From positions 64,001-128,000 of the forward strand of contig JBEIPA010000001.1 in assembly GCA_040377305.1 (NCBI GenBank): a stretch of DNA of 64,000 bases. Direction: 5' to 3'. The notes under the pieces are model-generated. The model did no database searches. It had not been told where the DNA came from and saw nothing but the letters and a program-made list of their open reading frames with translations. The position numbers and the translations under genes were made by a program. The DNA is from Flavobacteriales bacterium. Lineage in GTDB: Bacteria > Bacteroidota > Bacteroidia > Palsa-965. Positions 40,275-50,070 of this stretch are shown here, piece after piece (within the stretch, counting starts at the first letter, position 1; each line of letters opens with the position of its first letter).

Positions 40275-42656
40275 GTGAACGAGAATTACCTCAACGAATT
40301 AAATGACGCCCAGCGTGCGGCGGTAGAAGCGACTGAAGGCCCGGTTATGATTGTGGCCGGAGCGGGTTCAGGAAAAACGCGTGTGCTCACCTATCGCATT
40401 GCACATCTGATTAAGAAAGGTGTCGACCCGTTTAACATCCTTTCGTTGACTTTCACGAATAAAGCGGCGAGAGAAATGAAAGATCGAATCGGGAAGATCG
40501 TTTCGTTCAATGAGGCGAGAAACCTGAGCATGGGTACTTTCCACTCTGTGTTCGCGCGCATTTTACGAACTGAGGCTGAACGCTTAGGTTATCCAACCAA
40601 CTTTACGATATACGACACTGACGATTCCAAGAGTCTTATTAAGACAATTCTGAAAGAATTTAATCTTGACGAAAAAGTATACAAGCCTGCATTGGTTCTC
40701 GGTCGAATTTCATCTGCCAAAAACAATTTGATTGGTGCTGCACAGTACATGCAGAGTCCTGAGGCAATTTCGGAAGATCGTCAGAGTGGAAAACCAGAGC
40801 TAGGTAAGATTTACGATGCTTATCAGAAGCGATGTTTCAAAGCCGGGGCGATGGACTTCGATGATCTTTTGTTCAACATGAATATTCTGTTGCGCGACCA
40901 CCCGAAACGTCTGGATTTTTATCAGGATAAATTTCGATACATCTTGGTTGACGAGTATCAGGATACAAACTTTTCGCAGTATGTTATTGTAAAACAACTG
41001 GCTGCGCGCTTTCAGAACATTTGCGTAGTGGGAGACGATGCACAATCAATTTATGGATTTCGCGGCGCTAACATTCAGAATATCCTCAGTTTCGAAAGAG
41101 ATTATCCTGATCTGAAAACTTATAAGCTCGAACAGAATTACAGGAGCACTAAACACATTGTGAATGCTGCGAATTCTGTCATCGCGCAAAACAAAGAACA
41201 AATTCAAAAAGTTGTTTGGACTGCGAATGAAGAAGGTCATCGCATTAAGGTGATTTCTGCAACTTCTTCTCATCCTTCCATTCCCGCAGATAGTGTTGAG
41301 GCTAGTGAAGTTGCACGAGCAATTCTTGACATTCAAGCCAACCATCAAGCGAAGTATTCAAGCTTTGCAATCCTTTATCGTGCTAACTCGTTGAGTCGTG
41401 CAATGGAGGAGGCACTAAGAAAGAAGAACATTCCGTATAGAATTTATGGTGGACTTTCATTCTACCAACGTAAATCGGTTAAGGATCTGCTCGCCTATTT
41501 TCGACTGGCCTTGAATCCTCATGATGAAGAAGCATTTCGTCGCGTGATCAATTACCCGGCGCGTGGTATTGGAGATACAACTCTTGATAAGATTACTATT
41601 GCCTCACGTGACAATGATGTGAGCATGTGGACTGTTTGCGAGAACCTCGGTGATTTCAAACTTACTATCAGTTCAGGAACCGCTGTAAAGATCAGTGAGT
41701 TTGTGACAATGGTTCAGGGATTTCAGGTTCGCGTTTCAGGAGAATCGGCATACACATTGGGCAAACACGTAGCTACTACATCGGGTATGTTACGTGATTT
41801 GTATAATGATAAAACTCCGGAAGGTGTTTCTCATTATGAAAACGTGGAAGAATTGCTTAACGGATTGAAAGAATTTTCTGACGGTGATGGTGCGCAGGCG
41901 ATCGAACTTTTTGAGAACGATCCGGATCTCGCTCGTCTGGAAGCGAAAGAACAGTCGGGGGAAAGTGATGCCGATTTAGGCCCGCTGCGTACACTCGATC
42001 AGTACATGCAGGATATTGCGCTTCTTACGGATGCCGATAAAAAGGAAACGGAAGAAGACAAAAACAAAGTTGCGTTGATGACCATTCACGCGTCAAAAGG
42101 TTTGGAATTCCCTTATGTGTTTGTCGTTGGACTCGAAGAGAACTTATTTCCATCGGCACTTTCAATTAATTCACGTCCTGAATTAGAAGAAGAACGCAGA
42201 TTATTCTATGTAGCGTTAACGCGTGCGGAAAAGCAATGTACACTTTCGTGGGCAAAAACACGATACAAGTGGGGCAATCTGATCAGCAATGAACGTAGCA
42301 GATTCCTTGATGAAATTGACGAGCAGTATCTTGAACTTTCGGAAAATAAAATCGAACGCAAAGCAACATTCTCTGAACATCGTGCGAATGAAAATGGCGG
42401 ACAAGGTTCCGGTGGAGGGTTGATCAAAAAGAAGACACTTATTCGAGCAACTGCCATTAATTCTGCGCCTGCAGCGATAGATAATTCGCACCTGAAGAGT
42501 TTACAGATTGGGCAACGTGTCAGACATGAAAGGTTTGGTGATGGTATGGTACAGGAGTTGGAGGGAGCCTTTCCAAATGTAAAAGCGACAGTTGTTTTTG
42601 ATGGAGTTGGACAGAAGCAGTTGTTGTTGAAATTTGCGAAACTTCAGCTTCTTTAA
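40275..42656 (+). CDS. pcrA: ATP-dependent DNA helicase UvrD/PcrA
   Basis: AGAGSGKT, VDEYQDTN, VGDDAQSIY, LEQNYRS, TIHASKGLEF, EERRLFYVALTRA, C-terminal RVRH..FG.G Tudor-like domain; GTG 40275 likely start. Confidence 0.96.
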   Translation: MNENYLNELNDAQRAAVEATEGPVMIVAGAGSGKTRVLTYRIAHLIKKGVDPFNILSLTFTNKAAREMKDRIGKIVSFNEARNLSMGTFHSVFARILRTEAERLGYPTNFTIYDTDDSKSLIKTILKEFNLDEKVYKPALVLGRISSAKNNLIGAAQYMQSPEAISEDRQSGKPELGKIYDAYQKRCFKAGAMDFDDLLFNMNILLRDHPKRLDFYQDKFRYILVDEYQDTNFSQYVIVKQLAARFQNICVVGDDAQSIYGFRGANIQNILSFERDYPDLKTYKLEQNYRSTKHIVNAANSVIAQNKEQIQKVVWTANEEGHRIKVISATSSHPSIPADSVEASEVARAILDIQANHQAKYSSFAILYRANSLSRAMEEALRKKNIPYRIYGGLSFYQRKSVKDLLAYFRLALNPHDEEAFRRVINYPARGIGDTTLDKITIASRDNDVSMWTVCENLGDFKLTISSGTAVKISEFVTMVQGFQVRVSGESAYTLGKHVATTSGMLRDLYNDKTPEGVSHYENVEELLNGLKEFSDGDGAQAIELFENDPDLARLEAKEQSGESDADLGPLRTLDQYMQDIALLTDADKKETEEDKNKVALMTIHASKGLEFPYVFVVGLEENLFPSALSINSRPELEEERRLFYVALTRAEKQCTLSWAKTRYKWGNLISNERSRFLDEIDEQYLELSENKIERKATFSEHRANENGGQGSGGGLIKKKTLIRATAINSAPAAIDNSHLKSLQIGQRVRHERFGDGMVQELEGAFPNVKATVVFDGVGQKQLLLKFAKLQLL

Positions 42657-42672
42657 GCCATGACCGTTTCTG

Positions 42673-42685
42673 CCCCCAAAGGGTC
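42673..42685 (-). repeat. REP copy (reverse orientation)
   Basis: CCCCCAAAGGGTC just after the helicase stop codon. Confidence 0.75.
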
Positions 42686-42801
42686 AATTTCGGATCACGC
42701 AACGGGTTGATTTTTAGTCACTCCACGATCTTGATCCCGAAATGCGAAGTAAAACAAAGCCCAGACACTTTATGCCTGGACCTCACTAAATCCATTCTTA
42801 C

Positions 42802-43440
42802 TTACATCGAAGCTAGCTTATCAAGATCAATTGATTTAGCAACCGACTTCACCCATTCCGTGTCCTTTTGATTATCCGCCTCAACCTGAACCCAGAAGCG
42901 ATATCCAACACCTAGCGTAATCACAGCATCACCACTCTTTTTCTTAAACTGTTCCCATCCCGCAACCTTATCATCAATTTTAACACCTTGAGACTTCTCT
43001 TCCGGAGTGTCAACACTAAACGCCCACATTGCAGTGAGCCCTGAATACATTGCATACGCCTGATTATAGTCCACGATCGTTACTTTAACTCGTTCCCCTT
43101 TATCATTTGTATAATCGGCGTTAGCCGTAGAATAACTTGAACCCGGCATATTGATCGAAGCTCCATCAGGTTCGCCCTTTTTGTAACCATCAATATCCTC
43201 AGGTAAATATTTCATAAGATCTTCGTAAGGCATCGCGAGTGTATCGCCCTTTGCTTTCCGTTCAGCAATTTTCTTTTCAGCATCGCCTTGCGCTTGTTGA
43301 CTTTCCTCCGCGTAATTCTCTAACGCTTCGAGCGGATTATTTGCCTTTTCTTCTTCTTTTACTTCATCAGCCTTTCCGCCACATGCGACGAAAAACATTG
43401 AAAGTGAAAGTGGGAGGGTAATTAAGAGGTGTTTTTTCAT
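42802..43440 (-). CDS. hypothetical lipoprotein
   Basis: 212 aa, FFVAC lipobox, charged linker, globular C-terminus; function not recognised. Confidence 0.8.
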   Translation of the reverse strand: MKKHLLITLPLSLSMFFVACGGKADEVKEEEKANNPLEALENYAEESQQAQGDAEKKIAERKAKGDTLAMPYEDLMKYLPEDIDGYKKGEPDGASINMPGSSYSTANADYTNDKGERVKVTIVDYNQAYAMYSGLTAMWAFSVDTPEEKSQGVKIDDKVAGWEQFKKKSGDAVITLGVGYRFWVQVEADNQKDTEWVKSVAKSIDLDKLASM

Positions 43441-43495
43441 GAGATTTTGTTTTTGCTAAGCTACATTGAATCTGAATATCATCAAATCACTAAGC

Positions 43496-43508
43496 CCCCC
43501 AAAGGGTC
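43496..43508 (-). repeat. REP copy upstream of the transposase-like gene
   Basis: CCCCCAAAGGGTC. Confidence 0.8.
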
Positions 43509-43578
43509 ACAACTTAAGCTCGTAAATGACTAAATATCAGCGCACCGTGCATCTTTTGCAGCCATTATTTATCCGACA

Positions 43579-43658
43579 ACAAATACTTACAAACGTTTAC
43601 AAACGACTACAAACACTTACAAACGACTACAAACACTTACAAACGACTATAAACGTTT
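43579..43658 (+). repeat. tandem array, 8 x 10 bp with a 20-bp higher-order unit
   Basis: ACAAATACTT ACAAACGTTT ACAAACGACT ACAAACACTT ACAAACGACT ACAAACACTT ACAAACGACT ATAAACGTTT. Confidence 0.95.
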
Positions 43659-43699
43659 GTTACCCGACTAATTCCAAACGCGTACTCCACTTTCGCACC

Positions 43700-44374
43700 A
43701 TGGAAATACGTGAACCACTCAAAGCCGGATGTATCTATCACATCAGCACCAAATCAAATGGGAACGATGATCTTTTTCGCGATGCGCGAGACTACTTCTA
43801 CTTTCAACGCAAAATGGATATACGTTTAACAGCGGCCTGGGAAATTATTGCATACACATTGGTGCCGAATGAAATTCACTTTGTTGTGAAGATTCTCAAG
43901 AAGAAGATAGATGGTGAAGTAGTTGACCACTCAACGCTCCTGAGTCACCTCCTAAACGGATATGTTCAGCATTACAACTACAGATACAACAGAAGCGGGA
44001 ACCTTTTAAGCAGGAGCTTTCGTCGCAAGTCAATTAAGGATGATGTGGAACTTCAACAAACGATAAGTAAAGTCCACAACCTTGCGGTGGCGAAAAAACT
44101 TGTCCATAGTAGAAGAGAATGGATTTACTCATCTTACCGAAAATTCACTGACACCAGGTTCGGTATCAAACATCTGATTCAGTTAACCTCAATATTTCAA
44201 GATATGATCACCTTCGAACGTCTTCATGACGCTTGTGAATTCTGCCTTGATCAAATAATGCCGAAACGAAAGTGGATCAAATTGCTTACCGCTCAAGAGA
44301 TTGCGTTCCGAATAAGGCACCCTTTGGGGGTTCATCGATGGGCGAGAAGAAAATATGAAGACGCCCCCTCATGA
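43700..44374 (+). mobile_element. RAYT/IS200-like HUH (Y1) transposase homolog with degenerate catalytic residues
   Basis: From ATG 43700: GCIYHI...N...LF.D..DY..F, IIAYTLVPNEIHFVV, GY...YN.RY.RSG.L, WIYSSY; flanked by REPs. Confidence 0.8.
44319..44331 (+). repeat. REP copy inside the 3' end of the transposase-like ORF
   Basis: ACCCTTTGGGGGT, within the codons for HPLGV. Confidence 0.7.
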
Positions 44375-44400
44375 AAAAGCCGCACTCATCGTGCGGCTTT
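44374..44400. terminator. terminator-like hairpin between convergent genes
   Basis: AAAAAGCCGCAC-TCATC-GTGCGGCTTT. Confidence 0.75.
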
Positions 44401-44410
44401 CAATTCCTTC

Positions 44411-46255
44411 CTAATGTTCTCTCTTCTCCGGCAACGTGTACTTTCGCCCCTCATTCACCTTCTTCAAATAGATCATCAACGGTGCAAAATACTCAAGCAT
44501 TGGTGCTGCAGTTAAGTCCTGACCAGTTTTCTCTTTCAACAAAACCCGCCAATCACCTACTCCGCCTACGCTCATCATGCTACCAATAAATTTCCCGATT
44601 TCTTTATTGCCGTAGTAGTTTGTGAAACGCGGGTCTTGTTTCAAAATATCAGAAGCAATGTGATGGTGAAACTGGAACATCAACACAGATGAAAGTGCAT
44701 AGTCATAATACTGCGCAGGATCATCCATGATGTGCGTCTTTGTAGCAGCGTCACAATATTCTTCGCCGCGATCCATTGGTGGAACGATTCCTTGCTCACG
44801 CTTTACGATTTCCCACCAGCGCTTGTTGAATTCATTTGCGGGAAGTTCTTTAGCATACAATTCGTACTCGAACTCACTCATGGTACCGGCTTGCCAGTTG
44901 AGCGCCACGATGTACCGCAATGCTTCTTTCAGGAGTTGCTGTGTTGTGTCAATTTGTGTTGATGCATCGACAAGACCTAATCCCTCGAGGAAAGGTTTCT
45001 GCATTGCGGCCATACCGAACATAGTTCCAAGTGCTTCGTGATAAGCGCGATTAGCACCTTCACGCAGTATGAACGGCACACTATCGCTGCTGTATTGCAT
45101 GTAGTAATAAATGTGACCAAGTTCGTGGTGAGTCGTTTCGTACCAGCGTGAGTTTGGTAAAACGCTCATGAGTGAACGTACATCGTTATCAAGATCCATA
45201 TGCCATGCAGATGCGTGGTTGTTCTTCTTAAAGCCGGCGTTCGGACCAACAGGATACAACGATGATTTATCGTAGAATGTTTGCGGCAACGGATCGAAGC
45301 CCATGCTCACGTAGAAGCTCTCTGCTTGTTTGATGATCCAGAGTGAATCATATTTCTTCTCTTCAATAATTTTGTCGAGATCAAATCCTTCAACGCTAAC
45401 CATTTCACTCCAATCCTGTCCCCACTGATTCGGAAGCCAGTGCGCAGGAATGTAATCAGGAACGTCTTTCACCATGTACTTCTTCGCGAGTTCATAACGC
45501 GCCCATGTGTGAAGCTCACGGTACAACGGATAAATCTCATCGTTAATGCCACGTAGTGTGGTCATCATTTCATCAGCAGTCATTCCGTAATCGGCAACCT
45601 GGTAGCTGAAGTAATCATGAAAATCCAAACCTTGCACTGTACGGTTACGCAGCATCCGAAGATTCTCCAATGGCTCATGCAGATTCTGACCTACGCTCTT
45701 CGCGCAAACCCATGCATCGAGACGCTTCTGTTCGTTGTTCTCTGTATTCAGAACTTGATCAATATCATTCTTAGTAACTTCCTTTCCATTGAGCATGTAC
45801 TTGAATCCGTACATTTTTTCACTCGCTTCCGTTTCTGCCTTGATCTTCTCCTTCACAATTTCCTCTTCCGTCATCGGATTTGCTCCTGCGAAATAAAGTA
45901 TGTGCTCAAGTTGCTCGACTTGTAACGCCGAAAGCTGATCCTTCTTCGCAAGAAACTCTTTCGTCAGTTCAATATTCGCTTTGCTTCCTGTATAATCTGC
46001 AAGAGCTGTTGCAGCGACTTGCGCATTATAAGATGCCACCGTATCGCCTTCAACAATGTGAGTGAGCAATTGCCATTGCGCTTCATTGGTCGCGATGGAA
46101 AGCTCCTTATACTTTACGTTGTAATCCAACAAGAAGGAATCTACACGGGAGCCGATATTGGCATCTGAGTCTTTAACCTCAGTGGGCCCGCAATTGAACA
46201 GGAAAAATGCAGAAGCAATCGTAAGCCCCGCGAGAATAATTGGTGTCTTCTTCAT
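44411..46255 (-). CDS. M2 family metallopeptidase (ACE-like peptidyl-dipeptidase), lipoprotein
   Basis: HASAW, HHELGH..Y, REGAN.AYHEALG, DAATK.H; start MKKTP (46255) with LFNC lipobox; TACATTTG box at 46273-46280. Confidence 0.92.
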   Translation of the reverse strand: MKKTPIILAGLTIASAFFLFNCGPTEVKDSDANIGSRVDSFLLDYNVKYKELSIATNEAQWQLLTHIVEGDTVASYNAQVAATALADYTGSKANIELTKEFLAKKDQLSALQVEQLEHILYFAGANPMTEEEIVKEKIKAETEASEKMYGFKYMLNGKEVTKNDIDQVLNTENNEQKRLDAWVCAKSVGQNLHEPLENLRMLRNRTVQGLDFHDYFSYQVADYGMTADEMMTTLRGINDEIYPLYRELHTWARYELAKKYMVKDVPDYIPAHWLPNQWGQDWSEMVSVEGFDLDKIIEEKKYDSLWIIKQAESFYVSMGFDPLPQTFYDKSSLYPVGPNAGFKKNNHASAWHMDLDNDVRSLMSVLPNSRWYETTHHELGHIYYYMQYSSDSVPFILREGANRAYHEALGTMFGMAAMQKPFLEGLGLVDASTQIDTTQQLLKEALRYIVALNWQAGTMSEFEYELYAKELPANEFNKRWWEIVKREQGIVPPMDRGEEYCDAATKTHIMDDPAQYYDYALSSVLMFQFHHHIASDILKQDPRFTNYYGNKEIGKFIGSMMSVGGVGDWRVLLKEKTGQDLTAAPMLEYFAPLMIYLKKVNEGRKYTLPEKREH

Positions 46256-46366
46256 AGCTAAAAAATGAAGGTCAAATGTATCGAAGAATCCTGAAGAAAT
46301 GCACGAATTCTGCACTTGAATGATGAGCTGAAAATGAGCAGGATGTGCGGTAAATACTAGGTGCGA

Positions 46367-48337
46367 CTACTGTCCGCCGCGCTTGTAGTACTCTTTTGCG
46401 GCATTAGCAGCGCCCACCGAATCGCCCATCGCCTGATAGTTCGTGTACAGCATTTTCCACGGAGTCAGATCACTAGGATTCAATCGTGCTAAATGCTCAA
46501 ATGCCTCGTTCGACTTTGCATAATCACCACTCATTCCTGCGAGATTTCCGAGTTTGTTCCAGGCCTCTATTGATGTCGAATCAACTTGTCCGGCGAATTC
46601 ATAAGCGCGGATAGCATCTGCTGTGTCCTTTGCCCCGAATCGCGAATTCCCAAACTTGATGAGAATAGGTGCTGTTGTATCCGTTGCTTTCATTAGCTCC
46701 CGGTAATAAAAACCCGCACTGTCGTATTGTAAAGTCATCATGTACGCATCACCTATATTCTCATGTGATCCGGTGTATCCAGGGAATATCTGAATCGTGC
46801 GTAACGACCATTTTACCGACTCCCTATAATTCTTGCGACGATACTCAACGACACCAAGATTCACACACGACTGAATATCCATGGAATCAATCGCAAACGC
46901 GGTTGTGAATTCCGCATACGCCATGTTCAGCAGTTGGTTCCTGTTTACCTCAACCGTTTCGCTTTGTGCATTACCCATAAGCAAAACACCATAATTATAA
47001 TGGACACGGGCACTATTGGGAGCATGGTCAACATCGATTGTGAACAGTACAGATTCATACGCCCATGCACGACTTCTGTTCAATGTTAATCCGGTCCAAA
47101 TGAGAATCAATATTGCCGAAGCAGAAATTGCCTTAAGGTGAAATCCGGAAACGTCAAGACCCTTTGTCAATTTTAGTATCAGCCATGCGACGAAAATTGC
47201 AAAGCCGAGTGAAGGAACGAATGCAAGCCGATCACCCATTGTTTCTCCGATGATGAAAAATATATTGGAGGTGAGTGCAAATGCAATGAGGTAAAACAAA
47301 ATTCCGAATGACGGTACCGGATTCCTTCTGAAATTAAGAATCGCCCATGCCAATCCACCACCAAGCAATAGCAGTGCAACGATCGCCCACGCATCCGCAA
47401 AACCATTCACCGGAATTTCGTTGAACGAATAATTATAGCTCAGCGGATAGCCGATGATCATCTTCGCTATGTAACGACCCTGAATTCCAATCGCCGTACC
47501 TACTTGAGTCAACCACCCATCTGCCGCCAGCAAGGCATTGTGATGATAATCATAAGTGACTTTACTTGAAGGTGCACTTAGAATTACGGCACGATGATAT
47601 GCAAACCAGATCAAGCTTACGCCGAGCAGAATCGCGCCGGGTTTGATCAATTCCTTCACCGTCATTCCGCGAAATTGCATCAGCATCAGAAGCGCAATCG
47701 GCAACATTAGCGCAGCGCCTTCCTTCGATAACAAAGCGAGAAAGAAAAATAGTGCGGAAAAATAAAGTGACGATGTAGTGTTCTTATCCTTCCATTTCAA
47801 CAAAGCCCGAAATCCTAACACCGAAAACAACAACGACAAAATCTCGTCGGCACTCTTCAGGTTCGCTCCTACTTCTGTATGAACTGGCATCACCATCCAA
47901 ATTAACGTTGCAAGGAAAGCCAGCGTAACAGAATAGTCCTTGAACAGTTCGCGCAGGAAACGATACAACTGAACACACAAAAGGGAAAGAAGCACAACAT
48001 GTACAAAGTGATAGAATCCTGGACTGTCGGGCCTAATTTGCCACTCCGTTGCAAAGAGCAAAAGTGAAACCGGGCGAAACAATCCGGCATTGTCATCCCA
48101 GAATCCATCCCAATAAAATGTGGTGAGGATTTTACCGAATCCGCTAAATCCTTCTTTCACAAATTCGTTTGCAAACAACACCGCTCGGTCATCCAACGCA
48201 TAATCGAATCCAACAGTTTGGATGTACAATAGAAACGCAAAAGCCCCGAGCAGATAACCGATCTTGCGATCGTCAGCCCAGAAATTTTTCTTCAATGTCG
48301 TAATCGGTCTATCAGCCTTGGCTTTCGCTTTCGCCAT
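46367..48337 (-). CDS. TMTC-like GT-C membrane glycosyltransferase with C-terminal TPRs
   Basis: DD after TM1, FRPVS, HTE..AN, LLSKE, GYPL, DR..F.PS.G, then TPR helices. Confidence 0.82.
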   Translation of the reverse strand: MAKAKAKADRPITTLKKNFWADDRKIGYLLGAFAFLLYIQTVGFDYALDDRAVLFANEFVKEGFSGFGKILTTFYWDGFWDDNAGLFRPVSLLLFATEWQIRPDSPGFYHFVHVVLLSLLCVQLYRFLRELFKDYSVTLAFLATLIWMVMPVHTEVGANLKSADEILSLLFSVLGFRALLKWKDKNTTSSLYFSALFFFLALLSKEGAALMLPIALLMLMQFRGMTVKELIKPGAILLGVSLIWFAYHRAVILSAPSSKVTYDYHHNALLAADGWLTQVGTAIGIQGRYIAKMIIGYPLSYNYSFNEIPVNGFADAWAIVALLLLGGGLAWAILNFRRNPVPSFGILFYLIAFALTSNIFFIIGETMGDRLAFVPSLGFAIFVAWLILKLTKGLDVSGFHLKAISASAILILIWTGLTLNRSRAWAYESVLFTIDVDHAPNSARVHYNYGVLLMGNAQSETVEVNRNQLLNMAYAEFTTAFAIDSMDIQSCVNLGVVEYRRKNYRESVKWSLRTIQIFPGYTGSHENIGDAYMMTLQYDSAGFYYRELMKATDTTAPILIKFGNSRFGAKDTADAIRAYEFAGQVDSTSIEAWNKLGNLAGMSGDYAKSNEAFEHLARLNPSDLTPWKMLYTNYQAMGDSVGAANAAKEYYKRGGQ

Positions 48338-48496
48338 GCGTAAATATAGTCAGAATGCTGATTTTGGCATATATCGCAACAGCTCAGCTCCAAGTAGTGA
48401 TCAACGCAAAAAATTCATGGCTTATTTATTAGATTCTGCGCTATTGCAACTCTTGAATTTCAAGTGCTAACCGTTTCGGAAACTAACTTTGGCGTG

Positions 48497-48595
48497 ATGA
48501 AAAACTGCAACTCTATGAACACTTCGAATATAGTTCGTTGCCATTGCATTCGTAATACCATTTTCTGCATTACCACTTTCCCGCCGATTCAGTAG
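48497..48595 (+). promoter_or_regulatory. putative Cys-containing leader peptide (uORF)
   Basis: MKNCNSMNTSNIVRCHCIRNTIFCITTFPPIQ*, immediately after the TAACTTTG promoter box (48484-48491). Confidence 0.4.
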
Positions 48596-48756
48596 TCTGC
48601 GGATCGCATGGAAGCATCACGCTTCTAAATCTCCGAAAGAGTCCTTTGTACCAATTGATTAACGATTTCAACTAACTGATCCGTCTTGTACGAGCCTGTT
48701 CTTCCGCGTACACGTTATTGGAGGAACGATGTTCTACGGACACAAAACATATCCGC

Positions 48757-49965
48757 ATGCTAAACACAATTGTTCTCATCATACCCCTACTCCTGCTGAT
48801 TGTATTCATCGAATGGTACAGCAGTTATCGCCATGATCGCAAAACATACACCCATGGAAATTTTGCAATGAACATCACCATTGGTGCTATGGATCAGGTC
48901 GCGTCCTTATTCTATTTTACTTCTCTCTACTTCACATTAGAATTCATCTACTCGCATTTCAGAATGTGGGAATTGAATGATGTTTGGTACATCTGGATAG
49001 TCGCGTACATTGTAATTGACTTTCTCTCTTACTGGTATCACCGTCTTTCTCATCGCGTAAATATTCTTTGGGCCGGGCATGTTACACACCATTCGTCGGA
49101 GCATTTCAATTTCTCGAATGGATTCCGCACCTCCTTCTTTCAGGGAATCTATCGCATTCTGTTCTGGAGTGTTTTGCCGCTATTCGGATTTTCTCCTGTG
49201 ATGTTGATTATCATTCTGAAAGTTTCAGGGCTTTACGATTTTCTGTTACACACAGAGTACATACCAAAACTTGGCTTTCTTGAAAAGTTTTTGATCACAC
49301 CATCTCAGCATCGCGTCCACCACGGACGAAATGAAATTTACATTGATAAAAACTACGGATCAACACTCAACATCTGGGACAAAATGTTCGGCACTTTTCA
49401 GGAAGAAACGGAGAAAGTCGAATACGGAATCACAGGCGAATACAAAGACAACAATCCTTTCATGGCAATTGGGTACTATTATAATTACTTGTGGAAAGCT
49501 ATGAAGACGCAAAATACACTCTGGAATAAGATTCGTCTATTGTTCATTCCGCCCGATCAAACTCCACAGCCGGATTTGAACGTGAAACGACTATGGCCGG
49601 TAACTCCAGACTTGATCACACGACGACTGAAGAACTACGCGTACACCCAAATTCTTCTCACGGTTCCCGCACTGATTGTGATGTTGCTCTACAAAGACTT
49701 CATACCAATCTGGGAATTTGTTTTGTACGCTGCAATAGGCATCAGCTCAGTATCTGTAAGCGCTATGATTCTAAACGATAACGTTGGAAGCATTTTCCAC
49801 AAAGCAGAAATGTGGCGCTTGTGGATTTCACTTTTTTGTGTGATAATTCTCTTCGCGAAAAGCGAGCAATTCTATCTACTTGGCATTGCCTTTCTGTTAA
49901 TGATGTCGCTGGTTCTATTCACAACGATCAAACTCAGGAAAGATCTCGTTGAGAATCGCGGCTAA
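48757..49965 (+). CDS. sterol desaturase/fatty-acid hydroxylase family (alkylglycerol monooxygenase-like)
   Basis: His boxes YWYHRLSH, HVTHHSS, LHTE, HRVHHG; IDKNYG...WDKMFGTF; start ATG 48757. Confidence 0.9.
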   Translation: MLNTIVLIIPLLLLIVFIEWYSSYRHDRKTYTHGNFAMNITIGAMDQVASLFYFTSLYFTLEFIYSHFRMWELNDVWYIWIVAYIVIDFLSYWYHRLSHRVNILWAGHVTHHSSEHFNFSNGFRTSFFQGIYRILFWSVLPLFGFSPVMLIIILKVSGLYDFLLHTEYIPKLGFLEKFLITPSQHRVHHGRNEIYIDKNYGSTLNIWDKMFGTFQEETEKVEYGITGEYKDNNPFMAIGYYYNYLWKAMKTQNTLWNKIRLLFIPPDQTPQPDLNVKRLWPVTPDLITRRLKNYAYTQILLTVPALIVMLLYKDFIPIWEFVLYAAIGISSVSVSAMILNDNVGSIFHKAEMWRLWISLFCVIILFAKSEQFYLLGIAFLLMMSLVLFTTIKLRKDLVENRG

Positions 49966-50007
49966 AAAAATAATCCCTCCTGTGGAATTCTTCGGACTAA
50001 TAACACG

Positions 50008-50057
50008 AAGACACCAAGAAGATTAACTCCTTGGTGTCTTGATGAACTTAGTGGTAA
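50008..50057. repeat. inverted repeat of the TTACCAC family between convergent genes
   Basis: AAGACACCAAG (50008-50018) pairs with CTTGGTGTCTT (50030-50040); CTTAGTGGTAA is the reverse complement of TTACCACTAAG. Confidence 0.65.
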
Positions 50058-50070
50058 AAATAATCTCAGA

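Noticed and set aside
43579-43658. CRISPR array
   Set aside because: Contiguous 10-bp units with no unique spacers, and no cas genes in the window.
43526-43699. 58-aa N-terminal extension of the transposase-like ORF in the track
   Set aside because: It is translation through the tandem array; recognisable homology starts at ATG 43700.
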